Shown one piece after another: positions 33,019-43,522 of a DNA stretch of 45,145 nucleotides. Below the pieces are notes generated by a model that was not told the DNA's origin, ran no database searches, and was given only the letters and a program-made list of their open reading frames with translations. Position 1 is the stretch's first letter. Each line of letters opens with the position of its first letter. The DNA is from a candidate division WWE3 bacterium (GTDB lineage Bacteria; Patescibacteriota; WWE3; UBA101185; UBA10185). Where the stretch lies: positions 1-45,145 of the forward strand of contig PXDX01000075.1 in assembly GCA_003564915.1 (NCBI GenBank), in the 5' to 3' direction. The position numbers were made by a program, and so were the translations under genes.

Positions 33019-34730
33019 GCCCTCTCCAGCATTTTCTCTTGTTCATTCAACCCTTCCTCCCAGAACCCTCTATTTCTAATATCTATTCCAATATCATTGA
33101 AAGCTTCCATCGGCGCTTTAGAATTCCCTATGGAAAGCAGGTGCTTAATGTTATTCATAAAGCTGTGGTCTTGCTCATATTTCTTCTTCAGCGCTGCTGC
33201 AATAAGATTTCCGCTGACATAAGAATATACGTAAAAAAAGTTTCTTATATGTGACCAGTAGACCCACCAGTTTTGGGAACCTTCGGATCGTTCAACAAAT
33301 TCCCCCATATACTGATTCATGTGCTTTCCGAAGATTTTACCTATTTCCTTGTTTGAAAGATATCCTTTATTTTCAAATGATCTATGGAGTTCCTGTTCGA
33401 ACTTGTAGCACGCTGCCTGTCTTTGAATGGAGGAGACGCTGTCGTTAAGCCTTCTCATTAAAATTTCCAGTTCAATCTCTTGAGGATTCTGCTCCACAAG
33501 CTCATCTATTACAAAACTCTCCATAAGTGTGCTGGCTACTTCGGACACTGCAAGAGAGGAGCCGTCGTTCAAACCGCTTTGATTCTCCCTGATAAGTTCA
33601 GCATGTATCATATGGCCCATCTCGTGGGCAAGGGTAGTAAGATCTCCCACTTTATCGGTGTGGTTTAGGAGTATGAAGATCGGTTGAGTTTTTAGATTGG
33701 ATATACAAGCCGCCCCGGATATTTTGCCTTTCTTGGGGAATGCGTCCACCCTACCTTCTCTCAAGCACCTTTTCGCCAACTCCCCAAAATAGGGATCCTT
33801 TTTATTAAAAGCTTTTACAATAGTTCTCGCGCTATTTTCAAAATCGAATCCTTTCAATCCCTCTCCGTAAGGAACATTTCTTTCATGGTATTGCAGTTTC
33901 TTTAATTCCATCAAGAGAGATTTGAGTTCATAATATTTAATTGAGATGTCATATCTTTCACTGACCGTTTCTAGCAGAGTATCAACTACCTCAGGCTCCA
34001 TGCCGTCGCTGATGAGCCGGGGATGATCCGGCCTCCCATATCCTCTCAGGCCTCGATCAATTCTTTCATTTTCAAGTATGGAATTTATCTCATGCTCTGC
34101 AGTATCGACATGGTTTTCCATTATCTCGTTAAACCATTTTGCCGCCAGATCCCTTGTCTTTTTGTCCCGGTCATTTAAGAGATTCATTATTTCCGGGAAG
34201 CTTTTTCCGTTGCGTTCTTCCTTTGAGAGTTTTGTCTGCGTCATTTCAACCCAATTCGAATGAGAAGTTTTGCTTTTTAAATTCATTATTTTTTCTTCGG
34301 GCTCGGATAGAAGATACTTTGCGAGTGCAAAAAGTCTGCTTAAAAAGTATCTGTATTGCTGAAGTTGACTTGCCTTCAAAAATTTTTCTTGCGTGTTTGA
34401 AGAAATTTTTGATATTTTGAGTGTGAAAAATTCCAGATCATTGCTTATTCTTATAGCCCTCTCATGAAGTTGGCTGTATCTGGCTTTGATTTTGGTATCC
34501 GTCTGATCCAGTGAACTTTCAAGTCCTAGTTTGTACATCTCATTCCCACCCACTCCATACATTTCCGTTAACTTCTCATACTCTCTCAAAGCCCGCAATA
34601 AAATCTCAGGGTCTTTTAAATAATCATCTCTGGACTTCCACTTCTCAATGAATTTATAGTTTTCCTTCTCAACCTTATCCATATCGGATATCTCTAGACC
34701 CTCTAGAGCCCATTTGGCTTTATAGCTCAT
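32985..34730 (-). CDS. pepF: Oligoendopeptidase F family (M3B metallopeptidase)
   Basis: 581 aa with the zinc motif TLAHEMGHMIH (HEXXH) in the expected position, and an M3B-like overall length and layout. Confidence 0.85.
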   Translation of the reverse strand: MSYKAKWALEGLEISDMDKVEKENYKFIEKWKSRDDYLKDPEILLRALREYEKLTEMYGVGGNEMYKLGLESSLDQTDTKIKARYSQLHERAIRISNDLEFFTLKISKISSNTQEKFLKASQLQQYRYFLSRLFALAKYLLSEPEEKIMNLKSKTSHSNWVEMTQTKLSKEERNGKSFPEIMNLLNDRDKKTRDLAAKWFNEIMENHVDTAEHEINSILENERIDRGLRGYGRPDHPRLISDGMEPEVVDTLLETVSERYDISIKYYELKSLLMELKKLQYHERNVPYGEGLKGFDFENSARTIVKAFNKKDPYFGELAKRCLREGRVDAFPKKGKISGAACISNLKTQPIFILLNHTDKVGDLTTLAHEMGHMIHAELIRENQSGLNDGSSLAVSEVASTLMESFVIDELVEQNPQEIELEILMRRLNDSVSSIQRQAACYKFEQELHRSFENKGYLSNKEIGKIFGKHMNQYMGEFVERSEGSQNWWVYWSHIRNFFYVYSYVSGNLIAAALKKKYEQDHSFMNNIKHLLSIGNSKAPMEAFNDIGIDIRNRGFWEEGLNEQEKMLERAWTLSKNLGKI

Positions 34731-34904
34731 GCAGCAATGTTAACACGTATTGCTTCAATGAGCGTAAATTGACAACTCCTTACCCCTTTGATAAACTTCT
34801 TTTGCTTATAGTTACCCTATGGGCATGTGAAAGGCAATTTTCTCATATGATACCCAGCTAGGACGATGTTTCTAACTATAATTTAATAAGTTAAACAAAA
34901 TAAT

Positions 34905-35366
34905 ATGTCAAAAACGGTTTATATAACAAAAAAAGGACTAGAGAAGCTCAGAGAAGAGCTCAAAGAATTAACTGAAGAAAAAAGACCCGCGGTAGCAAGA
35001 AGAATTAAAGAAGCGAGGGAGATGGGTGATATTTCGGAAAATGCTGAGTATGATGCCGCCCGTCAAGAGCAAGCCTTTGTCGAAGGGCGCATCTCCGAAC
35101 TGGAGGAAGTAATAAAGAACGCAAAAGTTGTAGAGGAGAATAAAGAGAAAAACATCGTTCATGTAGGGGCTAAAGTTACCGTTCACATTGAAGGAGATGA
35201 AGAGACTTTTGAGATAGTTGGTGCACAGGAAGCAGATCCGACGGAGAACAGAATTTCCCATGAGTCGCCGTTAGGCTCGTCTATGGTAGGAAAGAAAGTA
35301 GGAGAAACTTTTGAAGTAGAGGCTCCTATAGGTAAATTGACCTACAAAATTTTAAAGATCCATTAA
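34905..35366 (+). CDS. greA: Transcription elongation factor GreA
   Basis: 153 aa, containing ITKKGLEKLREELKEL...GDISENAEYDAARQEQAFVEGRISELE. Confidence 0.95.
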   Translation: MSKTVYITKKGLEKLREELKELTEEKRPAVARRIKEAREMGDISENAEYDAARQEQAFVEGRISELEEVIKNAKVVEENKEKNIVHVGAKVTVHIEGDEETFEIVGAQEADPTENRISHESPLGSSMVGKKVGETFEVEAPIGKLTYKILKIH

Positions 35367-35413
35367 TTTTAATTTCCCTTGAATAGAGCAGGAATTTGTG
35401 GTTTTATATCCTC

Positions 35414-36931
35414 ATGTCTACGCTTGAGGATCTTAGAAACATTCGCCTGGAAAAACTCGATAAATTGATCTCTCTGGGTATAAATCCCTATCCCGCAACA
35501 TCCTATAAGGATATATCAAATTTTAGGATCACTTCCAATTTCGATTCTTTAGAGGGAAAGTCGGTTATAGTTGCTGGGCGTATCATATCGATCCGTAAGC
35601 ATGGCAAACTGATCTTTATAGATATTCGTGATGTGTCCGGAACCATACAGCTTTACATAAGAGAAGAAGATTACTCAGGCGCTGATTATTCCGAAAACGA
35701 ACTTAAGTTTGCGGATCTGGATCTGCTTGACGTTGGGGATTTTGTGGAGGCATCGGGCGTTGTCTCCAAGACCAGAAGAGGTGAAATTTCCGTTTTTACC
35801 CATAAAATAAGACTGCTTACAAAAGCTTTACGTCCCATTCCAATAACCTGGGATGGACTTCAGGATAAAGAAACAAGACTTAGGCGTCGCTATTTGGATA
35901 CAAATGTAAACAGAGAGGTATTTGAAAGATTTATTAGAAGGTCAAAATTTTGGCAGGCGCATAGGGATTTCTTAAATAAGAACGGTTTCATAGAGATGGA
36001 CATTCCTGTATTGGAAAATATTCCGGGAGGTGCTGACGCAAAACCTTTTGTTACTCACATGGAGGCTTTGGATCAGGATTTCTATCTTAGAATTTCCCAT
36101 GAACTGTATCTAAAGCGTTTGATCGGAGGAGGTTATGAGAAGGTTTATTCCATTGGAGAGCGTTTTAGAAATGAAGGTCTTTCCGAAGAGCATCTACCGG
36201 AACATGTTGCCATGGAATTTTATTGGGCTTACGCTGATTGGGAGAGAGGGATGGCGTTTGTCCAAGAGCTGTTTTCTTATATTTTGGATATGGTATACGA
36301 CGGAAAGACCGTGTTCAATATTCGCGGGTTTGAAGTTGACTTTTCCAAGGGATGGGATCGGGTTGATTTCACCGATCTAATGAAGGAGAGGTACGGCATA
36401 GATGTCAAAAAAGTATCGCTCAAGAAAATAAGGGATCTTCTGACGGAAGAAGGTATTACATTTGAAGATGATGTGAATTTGGCTCGGGGATTGGATATGC
36501 TCTGGAAAGAGGTAAGAAAGACTTTATCCGGACCTATATTTTTAATCAATCACCCTAAATATATATCTCCTTTGGCTAAAGCACATCCCAATGACCCGTC
36601 CATTACCCAGAGATTTCAGCCGATAATAGCGGGATCGGAATTAGGCAATGGTTGGTCGGAGTTGAACGATCCCTTGGATCAATTTGAAAGATTCAAGAAG
36701 CAGCAAGCTTTAAGAGATGCCGGCGATGAGGAAGCTCAGTTTATGGATATAGATTTTGTTGAAATGTTGGAATATGGAATGCCTCCTACTTTTGGTTATG
36801 GTCATTCGGAAAGGGTCTTCTGGTTTTTGGAAGATGTAACGGCAAGAGAAGGAGTGCCTTTTCCTCAAATGAAATATGAAATAGATAGGACAACCAAAAA
36901 TATATATGATTTGGATAACGGCAAGGAATAA
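35414..36931 (+). CDS. lysS: Lysyl-tRNA synthetase, class II
   Basis: An OB-fold N-domain, then RRRYLDTNVN, FIEMDIPVLE, ERFRNEGLSEEHLPEHVAMEFYWAY and GYGHSERV. I prefer the ATG at 35414 over the TTG at 35396. Confidence 0.95.
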   Translation: MSTLEDLRNIRLEKLDKLISLGINPYPATSYKDISNFRITSNFDSLEGKSVIVAGRIISIRKHGKLIFIDIRDVSGTIQLYIREEDYSGADYSENELKFADLDLLDVGDFVEASGVVSKTRRGEISVFTHKIRLLTKALRPIPITWDGLQDKETRLRRRYLDTNVNREVFERFIRRSKFWQAHRDFLNKNGFIEMDIPVLENIPGGADAKPFVTHMEALDQDFYLRISHELYLKRLIGGGYEKVYSIGERFRNEGLSEEHLPEHVAMEFYWAYADWERGMAFVQELFSYILDMVYDGKTVFNIRGFEVDFSKGWDRVDFTDLMKERYGIDVKKVSLKKIRDLLTEEGITFEDDVNLARGLDMLWKEVRKTLSGPIFLINHPKYISPLAKAHPNDPSITQRFQPIIAGSELGNGWSELNDPLDQFERFKKQQALRDAGDEEAQFMDIDFVEMLEYGMPPTFGYGHSERVFWFLEDVTAREGVPFPQMKYEIDRTTKNIYDLDNGKE

Positions 36932-36997
36932 AATTGGATTTTTATGGTGAGGATAGGAAATAGAAAGATCTTTAGGATCTCTCAAAATCTGCGCGGC

Positions 36998-37070
36998 GTC
37001 GTTTTTTCCGGAGGCAGGGAATTGGGTCGAGCAGTAGATGATGTCTCGGAGGAAAACGGACCTTTACTTT
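36998..37070 (+). terminator. Long imperfect hairpin downstream of lysS (possible terminator or structured leader)
   Basis: GTCGTTTTTTCCGGAGGCA (36998-37016) pairs imperfectly with TGTCTCGGAGGAAAACGGAC (37042-37061), followed by CTTTACTTT. The region is locally GC-rich. Confidence 0.3.
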
Positions 37071-37118
37071 GTATACGCAACAAAATTAAAAAACTATTGA
37101 TTTTCTCTAACGGAGACA

Positions 37119-37673
37119 ATGATCGATAGAGAAACCGCATCCTTATTACTAGATCAACATGTTAGGAATGAGTATCAAAAATTACATGCACTGATGGTAG
37201 CAGAGGCGTTGGAATCCTACGCCCGCAATTTAGGGGAGGATGTTGAATTGTGGTACGTAACAGGACTTTTACATGATTTGGATTTTGAGGAATTTCCTGA
37301 ACAGCACCCTGCAATGTCCATAGAATGGCTTACCGCAGAGGACGTCCCAGATGAAATGATCCATGCAATTGCGGCACACGCTTATTCCTTAACAGGAGAA
37401 GAACCGGAAACCAAGCTCGCATCATACTTATTGGCTGTAGATGAACTTTCGGGATTCATGTACGCATATTCCTTAATGAGACCGAAAGGTTTTTCGGGCA
37501 TGAGATCCTCCAAAGTGGTCAAAAAACTTAAGGACAAAACCTTTGCATCCAAGATCTCCCGTGAAGATATTTTTTATGGCATTGAGAGGGCGGAATTGGA
37601 TTTGCACGAACATATCCAATTTTTAATAGGTGTATTTGATTCCGAAACAAAAATAGGTTTAGATTGTAGTTAG
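37119..37673 (+). CDS. HD-domain metal-dependent phosphohydrolase
   Basis: 184 aa with H...HD (LHALMVAEAL...TGLLHDLD) and a downstream AAHAY histidine, the typical small HD-superfamily layout. Confidence 0.7.
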   Translation: MIDRETASLLLDQHVRNEYQKLHALMVAEALESYARNLGEDVELWYVTGLLHDLDFEEFPEQHPAMSIEWLTAEDVPDEMIHAIAAHAYSLTGEEPETKLASYLLAVDELSGFMYAYSLMRPKGFSGMRSSKVVKKLKDKTFASKISREDIFYGIERAELDLHEHIQFLIGVFDSETKIGLDCS

Positions 37674-37675
37674 GT

Positions 37676-39016
37676 ATGTTGGATTTGGATTTCATTAGAA
37701 AAAACCCCGATGAGGTACAAAAAGCTTTGGATAATAGGGGCGTCGAAGGGGTGGATCTTAAGAGGTTCCTGAACCTGGATAGTCGGAGAAGAGATGTTTT
37801 GCGGCTTTTGGAAACTAAAAGAGCGTTAAGGAATTCTCTTTCAAAGGCCGTAGCCGAAACTTCCGGGAGTGATCGGGAAAGGATTATAGAAGAAGCCACG
37901 GAGGTAAAAAAAGACGTTCAGGATCTGGAGACAAAGTTCAGAAAGTTGGACGAAGAAGTAATGCAGCTTTGGGTACTGATACCAAACATTCCGTCAGATG
38001 ACATGCCTTTAGGAGAGGAGGAAAAAGATAATGTTGTGATAAAGGTTTGGACTCCTGAAAAAGGATTTTTGGAAGGTCCTTTTCCTTATTCCCAACATAA
38101 TTATATGCCGAAAACAGAATTTCCCTTTAAGGATCACGTGGATCTAGGAGAAGAACTTGATTTAATAGATGTCAGGCAGAGTGCTTTGGTTTCCGGGAGC
38201 CGCTTTTATTATCTAAAGAATGAGGCAGTTTTACTACAGGAGGCAGTCTTTTCCTTATTGAAAGATCGTTTGCTAAAAAAGGGATATATGCCCATGATTC
38301 CGCCCCTTCTAGTTAAAGAAAAAGCTCTTTTTGGGACCAGTCATTTCCCCGAGGGTAGAGATGATATCTATAAGATCGAAAGCCATAATGTGGAGGAGCA
38401 GAACGAGCTTTATCTTGTAGGATCCTCAGAGTCATCTAATTTTTCCTATTACATGGATAAAACCATAGATGTTAATGATCTCCCCATAAAAATATATGCC
38501 GAGACTACTTGTTTCCGAAGTGAGGTCGGATCTTGGGGGAAGGACGTCAGAGGAATAAAAAGGGTCCATCAGTTCGATAAGGTTGAGATGAACGCTATTT
38601 GTAATCCCGATGAATCCAGGCAGATCTTCGATGAATTCATGGAGAACAACGAATGGATGCTCCAACAGCTCCGTCTCCCGTATCGGATAGTGAATAAATG
38701 TACCGGAGATGCGGGGTACAATGCCTCACATCTGCAATATGATTTCGACTTTTGGAGACCGGGAGAAAGAGAATTCATGGAAGGAGGTACAAACACTCTA
38801 ACCACGGATTATCAAGCTCGTAGATTAAACATCAAGTATAGAAAAGATAGAGAAACAGGTTATGTACATACGGTAAATGATACCGGAGCCACAACTCGCA
38901 TTATTATTGCAATCCTTGAGAACTATCAGCAGGAGGACGGTTCGGTTATTGTGCCCGACATTCTCCGTCCTTATATGCATGGACGTGATAAGATTGAGAG
39001 AAAGGAAACGTTCTAA
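37676..39016 (+). CDS. serS: Seryl-tRNA synthetase
   Basis: MLDLDFIRKNPDEVQKALDNRG followed by a coiled-coil arm. The class II core includes FRSEVGSWGKDVRGIKRVHQFDKVE and NDTGATTRIIIAILENYQ. Confidence 0.95.
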   Translation: MLDLDFIRKNPDEVQKALDNRGVEGVDLKRFLNLDSRRRDVLRLLETKRALRNSLSKAVAETSGSDRERIIEEATEVKKDVQDLETKFRKLDEEVMQLWVLIPNIPSDDMPLGEEEKDNVVIKVWTPEKGFLEGPFPYSQHNYMPKTEFPFKDHVDLGEELDLIDVRQSALVSGSRFYYLKNEAVLLQEAVFSLLKDRLLKKGYMPMIPPLLVKEKALFGTSHFPEGRDDIYKIESHNVEEQNELYLVGSSESSNFSYYMDKTIDVNDLPIKIYAETTCFRSEVGSWGKDVRGIKRVHQFDKVEMNAICNPDESRQIFDEFMENNEWMLQQLRLPYRIVNKCTGDAGYNASHLQYDFDFWRPGEREFMEGGTNTLTTDYQARRLNIKYRKDRETGYVHTVNDTGATTRIIIAILENYQQEDGSVIVPDILRPYMHGRDKIERKETF

Positions 39017-39018
39017 TC

Positions 39019-39708
39019 ATGTCGGTATTTGCTGGTATAAGTTTACCCGAAGTTATATACGAGACTTCTTCTAAATATAATGAGAATATAAAGGTTTTAC
39101 AGGTTGGGGATGTTTTTAAGTTAAGCGTTAATAATTTTGTACAATCCTTGAGTAAAAATTCTAAATCCGCTTCTCGGCTTTGCTGGGGTGCTATGGCAGA
39201 AGTATTGAAAGAAGAGCTTGAAGATCCCCAGAGTATATTAATCCTTGGTCTTGGAGGAGGAACCACGCAACATCTTATTAGGAACTATTTTCCGGAAGTG
39301 GGTTTGGTTAGTGTAGAAATAGATCCGGAGATAGTTGATATTGCCAAGAAATATTTCGATATTGAGTCGTTGGAGGATCACAAGATCTTGTTGGACGATG
39401 CCTTTCGTGTTGTAGTGGAACCTGAAAAGCACGGATTAGAAAAGAACAGTTTTGATGCCGTTGTAGTGGATCTGGTATTGGGAGATACATTTTCAAATTT
39501 AGGTACATCAGGTAACTTTTTAAGTGCGGTCAAGAAGCTTATGGCTCCGGGCGGATTGGTGCTTTTCAACAGAATATATTTAGATGATTATCAGGAAGAT
39601 GCCAATAATTTCAAAGTACTCTTAGAAGATTTTTTCTCTGACTTGAGTACTCGTGTAGTTGCAGGCTATACCAACTCCGATAATCTTTTGATTTACGGAA
39701 GATCCTAA
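39019..39708 (+). CDS. Spermidine-synthase-like / class I SAM-dependent methyltransferase-fold protein
   Basis: ILILGLGGGTTQHLI...VSVEIDPEIVDIAKKYF...AVVVDL fits the Rossmann-type MTase / spermidine synthase pattern. Confidence 0.6.
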   Translation: MSVFAGISLPEVIYETSSKYNENIKVLQVGDVFKLSVNNFVQSLSKNSKSASRLCWGAMAEVLKEELEDPQSILILGLGGGTTQHLIRNYFPEVGLVSVEIDPEIVDIAKKYFDIESLEDHKILLDDAFRVVVEPEKHGLEKNSFDAVVVDLVLGDTFSNLGTSGNFLSAVKKLMAPGGLVLFNRIYLDDYQEDANNFKVLLEDFFSDLSTRVVAGYTNSDNLLIYGRS

Positions 39709-40514
39709 TGTTCATTTATAGAGCTCTGATTTTAGGTTTGATCCAAGGGGCCACCGAGTTCTTACCAATTTCTTCATCGGCTCATCTGATAATTTTACCT
39801 GAGACGGTTGGATGGGCAGTTCAACCTTTATTTTTTGATGTGATGATCCATTTTGGATCCGCGTTGGCAATATTAGCTTACTTTCATAAAGAGCTGATAA
39901 TTATAATAAAAGAGTGGAGAGATTGGTGGCTCAAGATCCTCGTGGGAATAGCACCGGCAGGGGTAGTAGGTTTTTTGCTTAGGCAATGGATTGAATCTAC
40001 ATTACGCACTTCCTCCCTTATTATCATATTTCTTTTCCTAGGAAGTTTATTAATGCTTTTTGCGGAGCTATATTCATCCCGTAAGTTTTTTGACTCCTCA
40101 AGACCCGCATCTAAAAAAGACTCTGACTCTGAAAGTATTTCCGTTTCACTAAAACAGGCTCTTGCAGTAGGTATATTTCAGATCTTGGCTTTATTTTCCG
40201 GTTTCTCCCGTTCCGGTACCACAATTTCCGGGGGACTGATTTTTGGCCTAAGTAGAGAAAAAGCCGCTAAGTTCTCATTTTTACTTTCCATTCCTTTGCT
40301 TTTAGGCGCAAGTTTCTATGAACTGTCCACGGTCTTTAAAAGCGATCTATCGTTTCCTCCCTTTTCTTTTGTTTTTGCCGGCTCTATTTCAAGCTTTTTC
40401 TTTAGTTTGATTTCTATAAGTTTTTTAATTAGATTTTTAAAAAGAAACTCCCTTATACCGTTTGTTTTGTATAGGATCGTTTTAGTGCTTTTCTTGTTGT
40501 TTTATATTGTTTAA
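39708..40514 (+). CDS. uppP: Undecaprenyl-diphosphate phosphatase
   Basis: LGLIQGATEFLPISSSAHL and SRSGTTISGGL are the BacA/UppP motifs. The start overlaps the upstream stop (TAATG). Confidence 0.9.
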   Translation: MFIYRALILGLIQGATEFLPISSSAHLIILPETVGWAVQPLFFDVMIHFGSALAILAYFHKELIIIIKEWRDWWLKILVGIAPAGVVGFLLRQWIESTLRTSSLIIIFLFLGSLLMLFAELYSSRKFFDSSRPASKKDSDSESISVSLKQALAVGIFQILALFSGFSRSGTTISGGLIFGLSREKAAKFSFLLSIPLLLGASFYELSTVFKSDLSFPPFSFVFAGSISSFFFSLISISFLIRFLKRNSLIPFVLYRIVLVLFLLFYIV

Positions 40515-40528
40515 GTTATAAATATATT

Positions 40529-40861
40529 ATGGAAAGAATGGAAGGAAGGTCACACGAGATCATTCTGGAAGAGATAGATAGAATCGCCCCTTTTATAGAG
40601 GACAATACTAATTCCGAACTGCAAGAGGAGGGATGGGTTGAGATCTTCTCCTATAGGAAAGGAGATGTTGCACATTTTTCTCCGGTCTTGGATTGTCTTA
40701 GAGATCATGAATTTATGGATGAAAGCGAGGAAAGTACAATCGAGTTCTGTCGGGTCAGATGTGATGATATGCCGGATATTCCTGACAGGGAAAAAATAAT
40801 CATTGTGATGAAAAGGACCGGCGAGAATCCTGATCAGGAAAATTCCAATCTCTCCCTCTAA
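40529..40861 (+). CDS. Hypothetical acidic protein
   Basis: 110-aa ORF in operon position between uppP and secA. No recognisable family. Confidence 0.4.
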   Translation: MERMEGRSHEIILEEIDRIAPFIEDNTNSELQEEGWVEIFSYRKGDVAHFSPVLDCLRDHEFMDESEESTIEFCRVRCDDMPDIPDREKIIIVMKRTGENPDQENSNLSL

Positions 40862-40894
40862 TACCCTTTCCGCGGATGATATAATCTCTTTGCT

Positions 40895-43498
40895 ATGTTT
40901 TCTAATGTTTTCGGATCGATATTTGATACCAACGAGAAACAACTGAATAAACTCCACCCTTTTGTTAAGAAGGTTAATGACTTTGAAGAGGCGGTATCTT
41001 CTTGGAGGGAAGATGACTTTAAAAATAAAACACGGGAGTGGCAGGAAACTTTGAGAGACATGGTTCCGACAGAGCAGCAGAAATTTTTGGATCGTATTCT
41101 GCCGGAAGCTTTCGCTATGGTTCGTGAGGCAGCTTCTAGAACTGTGGGTATGCGCCACTACGATGTTCAGGTGATGGCCGCTTTAACTCTCCATTGGGGT
41201 AAGATAGCAGAACAGAAAACGGGAGAAGGAAAAACTTTAACTGCTACAATGCCATTGTATTTAAACTCCTTAACGGGAGATGGCTGTCATCTTGTAACTC
41301 CCAACGACTATCTTTCTCGCCACGGTGCCGGTTGGATGGGCGATGTATATAAATACCTGGGTTTGAACGTTGGCGTTATCATGCAAGAGAAAGCTTTTGT
41401 GTACGATCCTGATTATGAGAATACATTTTTTCAGGATGATTATGCAAGGCATCTAAAAGAAGTAGAACGGCAGGAGGCCTATCAATGTGACGTGACCTAT
41501 GGAACGAACCATGAATTTGGATTTGATTATCTTCGCGATAATATGACGTACAAGCTTGAGGATATGGTCCAAACCTGCCCGTCCGGTAGCTATGGGATCC
41601 ATAATTACGCTATTGTTGATGAGGTGGACTCGATCTTAATCGATGTTGCAAGAACTCCATTAATAATATCCACTGCACACGCACAACCAACAGACCGCTA
41701 TCACGAAGCTAACAAAATAGTTAAAGGATTGATAAAAGATATTGATTTTGAAGTTGATGAGAAATTTAGGAATTCCACTCTGACCGAACTCGGTATTAGA
41801 AAAGTTGAGAAGCTTTTAAATATCGATAATTTGTATGAACAGGATTTTGAAATGGTCCATTTGATCGAAGAGGCTCTTATAGCAAACACTCTTTACGAGC
41901 GTGATCGGGATTATGTTGTCAAAGACGATCAGGTTATCATTGTAGATCAGTTCACGGGACGTCTATTGATGAGTAATAGATACTCTCATGGGCTGCATCA
42001 AGCAATAGAAGCAAAAGAAGGAGTTACTATTCAAGAGGAATCCCGTACCCTAGCGGAAATTTCTTATCAAAATTACTTCCGCATGTATAAGAAGCTCGCA
42101 GGTATGACCGGTACTGCTGCTACTGAAGCTGAGGAATTCAATAAAATTTACGATCTGGATGTAATTGTTATCCCTACCCATCGTCCCTTGGCCCGTATAG
42201 ATCACAATGATCTGGTCTACAAAACCGAATCGGGTAAATTCAAAGCGGTAGCCGATGATATTGAGGAGAGGTACAAAAATGGGCAACCGGTTCTGGTAGG
42301 TACTACTTCCGTGGAGAAAAGCCAGCTTTTACATAATTATTTGGATCGTAAAAAAATTCCTCATGAAATACTAAATGCAAAGAATCACGAAAGGGAAGCG
42401 TTGATCATAGCTCAAGCAGGAAAGAAAGGATCCGTCACAATTTCAACGAACATGGCCGGACGTGGAGTTGATATTATCTTGGGAGGAGATCCTCCGGAGG
42501 AAGGTACACAAGAAGAAGTCAAAGAGATCGGAGGGCTTCATGTTATAGGAACTGAAAGACACGAATCTCGTAGAATCGACAATCAGCTACGAGGTAGATC
42601 GGGTAGGCAAGGAGATCCCGGTTCCTCTAGGTTCTTTGTTTCTTTACAGGATGATTTGATGCGTATTTTTGGAGGCGCACGTGTGGAGAAATTAATGGAT
42701 AAGTTCGGGTTGGACGATAACACACCTTTGGAGGCCGGAATGGTCAGTAAATCAATTGAAAATGCTCAGAAAAAAGTGGAGGGATTCAACTTTGATCGTC
42801 GTAAATCTTTGGTTGAGATGGATGATGTAATGAATGTTCATAGGGAAGTTGTCTATAAATTAAGACGTCGGGTTTTAGAAGCTGCCGAAGGAATTGAAGA
42901 ACATGAGGATTGGTTGATAGCTCAACTTGAGGAGAAGACAGGTTTTGATTCCTCTATTTGGGAGGAGAACAAAGGAAAATTAGGAAAAGATCGGTGGTTA
43001 CGTGTGGTTGGTTCGTTGGGTTTACCGGTGGTTGATCTTTTCTGGATGGAGCATTTGGTGGACATGGATCAATTAAAGGAGGGTATAGGATTAAGGGGTT
43101 ATGCACAGAGAGATCCTATGGTTGAATACAAAAAGGAGGGACATGCACGTTTTGATGTTTTAGTACAACGGATCTACTCCACTATAGCTGATCGCCTGTC
43201 CAAAACTCGGGTTGAGGAATCTTCTGTCGGTGCCGGTCCCCAAAGGGTGCTGCAGACTTCGGCTGCACAAGCCCGTTATCAAGGAGACCTTGAACTGGGT
43301 GTATCTGAAGAAGCGTCTTTGGTTAGTCAAGCCAGTGGGAACCCCGGCTCACCAGGAAGTTCCGCACCTCTAACCGATTCCATTGGAAGGAATTTGAATG
43401 TTAAGAAAGTCGGATCTTCGGATGAGAAGGTTGGAAGAAACGATCCCTGTCCGTGTGGAAGCGGGAAGAAATATAAGTATTGCCATGGTAGATCATAA
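40895..43498 (+). CDS. secA: Preprotein translocase ATPase SecA
   Basis: 867 aa, containing MRHYDVQVMAALTLHWGKIAEQKTGEGKT, DEVDSILID, TNMAGRGVDI and the C-terminal zinc motif CPCGSGKKYKYCHG. Confidence 0.97.
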   Translation: MFSNVFGSIFDTNEKQLNKLHPFVKKVNDFEEAVSSWREDDFKNKTREWQETLRDMVPTEQQKFLDRILPEAFAMVREAASRTVGMRHYDVQVMAALTLHWGKIAEQKTGEGKTLTATMPLYLNSLTGDGCHLVTPNDYLSRHGAGWMGDVYKYLGLNVGVIMQEKAFVYDPDYENTFFQDDYARHLKEVERQEAYQCDVTYGTNHEFGFDYLRDNMTYKLEDMVQTCPSGSYGIHNYAIVDEVDSILIDVARTPLIISTAHAQPTDRYHEANKIVKGLIKDIDFEVDEKFRNSTLTELGIRKVEKLLNIDNLYEQDFEMVHLIEEALIANTLYERDRDYVVKDDQVIIVDQFTGRLLMSNRYSHGLHQAIEAKEGVTIQEESRTLAEISYQNYFRMYKKLAGMTGTAATEAEEFNKIYDLDVIVIPTHRPLARIDHNDLVYKTESGKFKAVADDIEERYKNGQPVLVGTTSVEKSQLLHNYLDRKKIPHEILNAKNHEREALIIAQAGKKGSVTISTNMAGRGVDIILGGDPPEEGTQEEVKEIGGLHVIGTERHESRRIDNQLRGRSGRQGDPGSSRFFVSLQDDLMRIFGGARVEKLMDKFGLDDNTPLEAGMVSKSIENAQKKVEGFNFDRRKSLVEMDDVMNVHREVVYKLRRRVLEAAEGIEEHEDWLIAQLEEKTGFDSSIWEENKGKLGKDRWLRVVGSLGLPVVDLFWMEHLVDMDQLKEGIGLRGYAQRDPMVEYKKEGHARFDVLVQRIYSTIADRLSKTRVEESSVGAGPQRVLQTSAAQARYQGDLELGVSEEASLVSQASGNPGSPGSSAPLTDSIGRNLNVKKVGSSDEKVGRNDPCPCGSGKKYKYCHGRS

Positions 43499-43522
43499 AA
43501 TACTTTGTAATATGAATTCTTT

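Noticed and set aside
35367-35413. T-box leaders upstream of the four aaRS genes (proS, alaS, lysS, serS).
   Set aside because: The upstream spacers are only about 2-82 nt long, which is too short for a T-box of about 200 nt. I saw no specifier or T-box sequence.
36932-37118. A 187-nt, locally GC-rich spacer between lysS and the HD gene. It contains a listed 61-aa ORF (36944-37129) and a long imperfect hairpin. I considered SRP (4.5S) RNA, a riboswitch, or a small protein.
   Set aside because: There is no GGAA-tetraloop / AGCAGC domain IV signature of SRP RNA on either strand, and no riboswitch core I can recognise. The ORF has no RBS and an odd composition. The simplest reading is a lysS terminator or leader hairpin, which I kept as a low-confidence terminator.
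40550-41158. A 202-aa minus-strand ORF spanning the 110-aa gene and the secA 5' end.
   Set aside because: It is antisense to the strongly conserved SecA N-terminus. Its translation has no motif and a shadow-frame-like composition, so it is almost certainly a shadow ORF.
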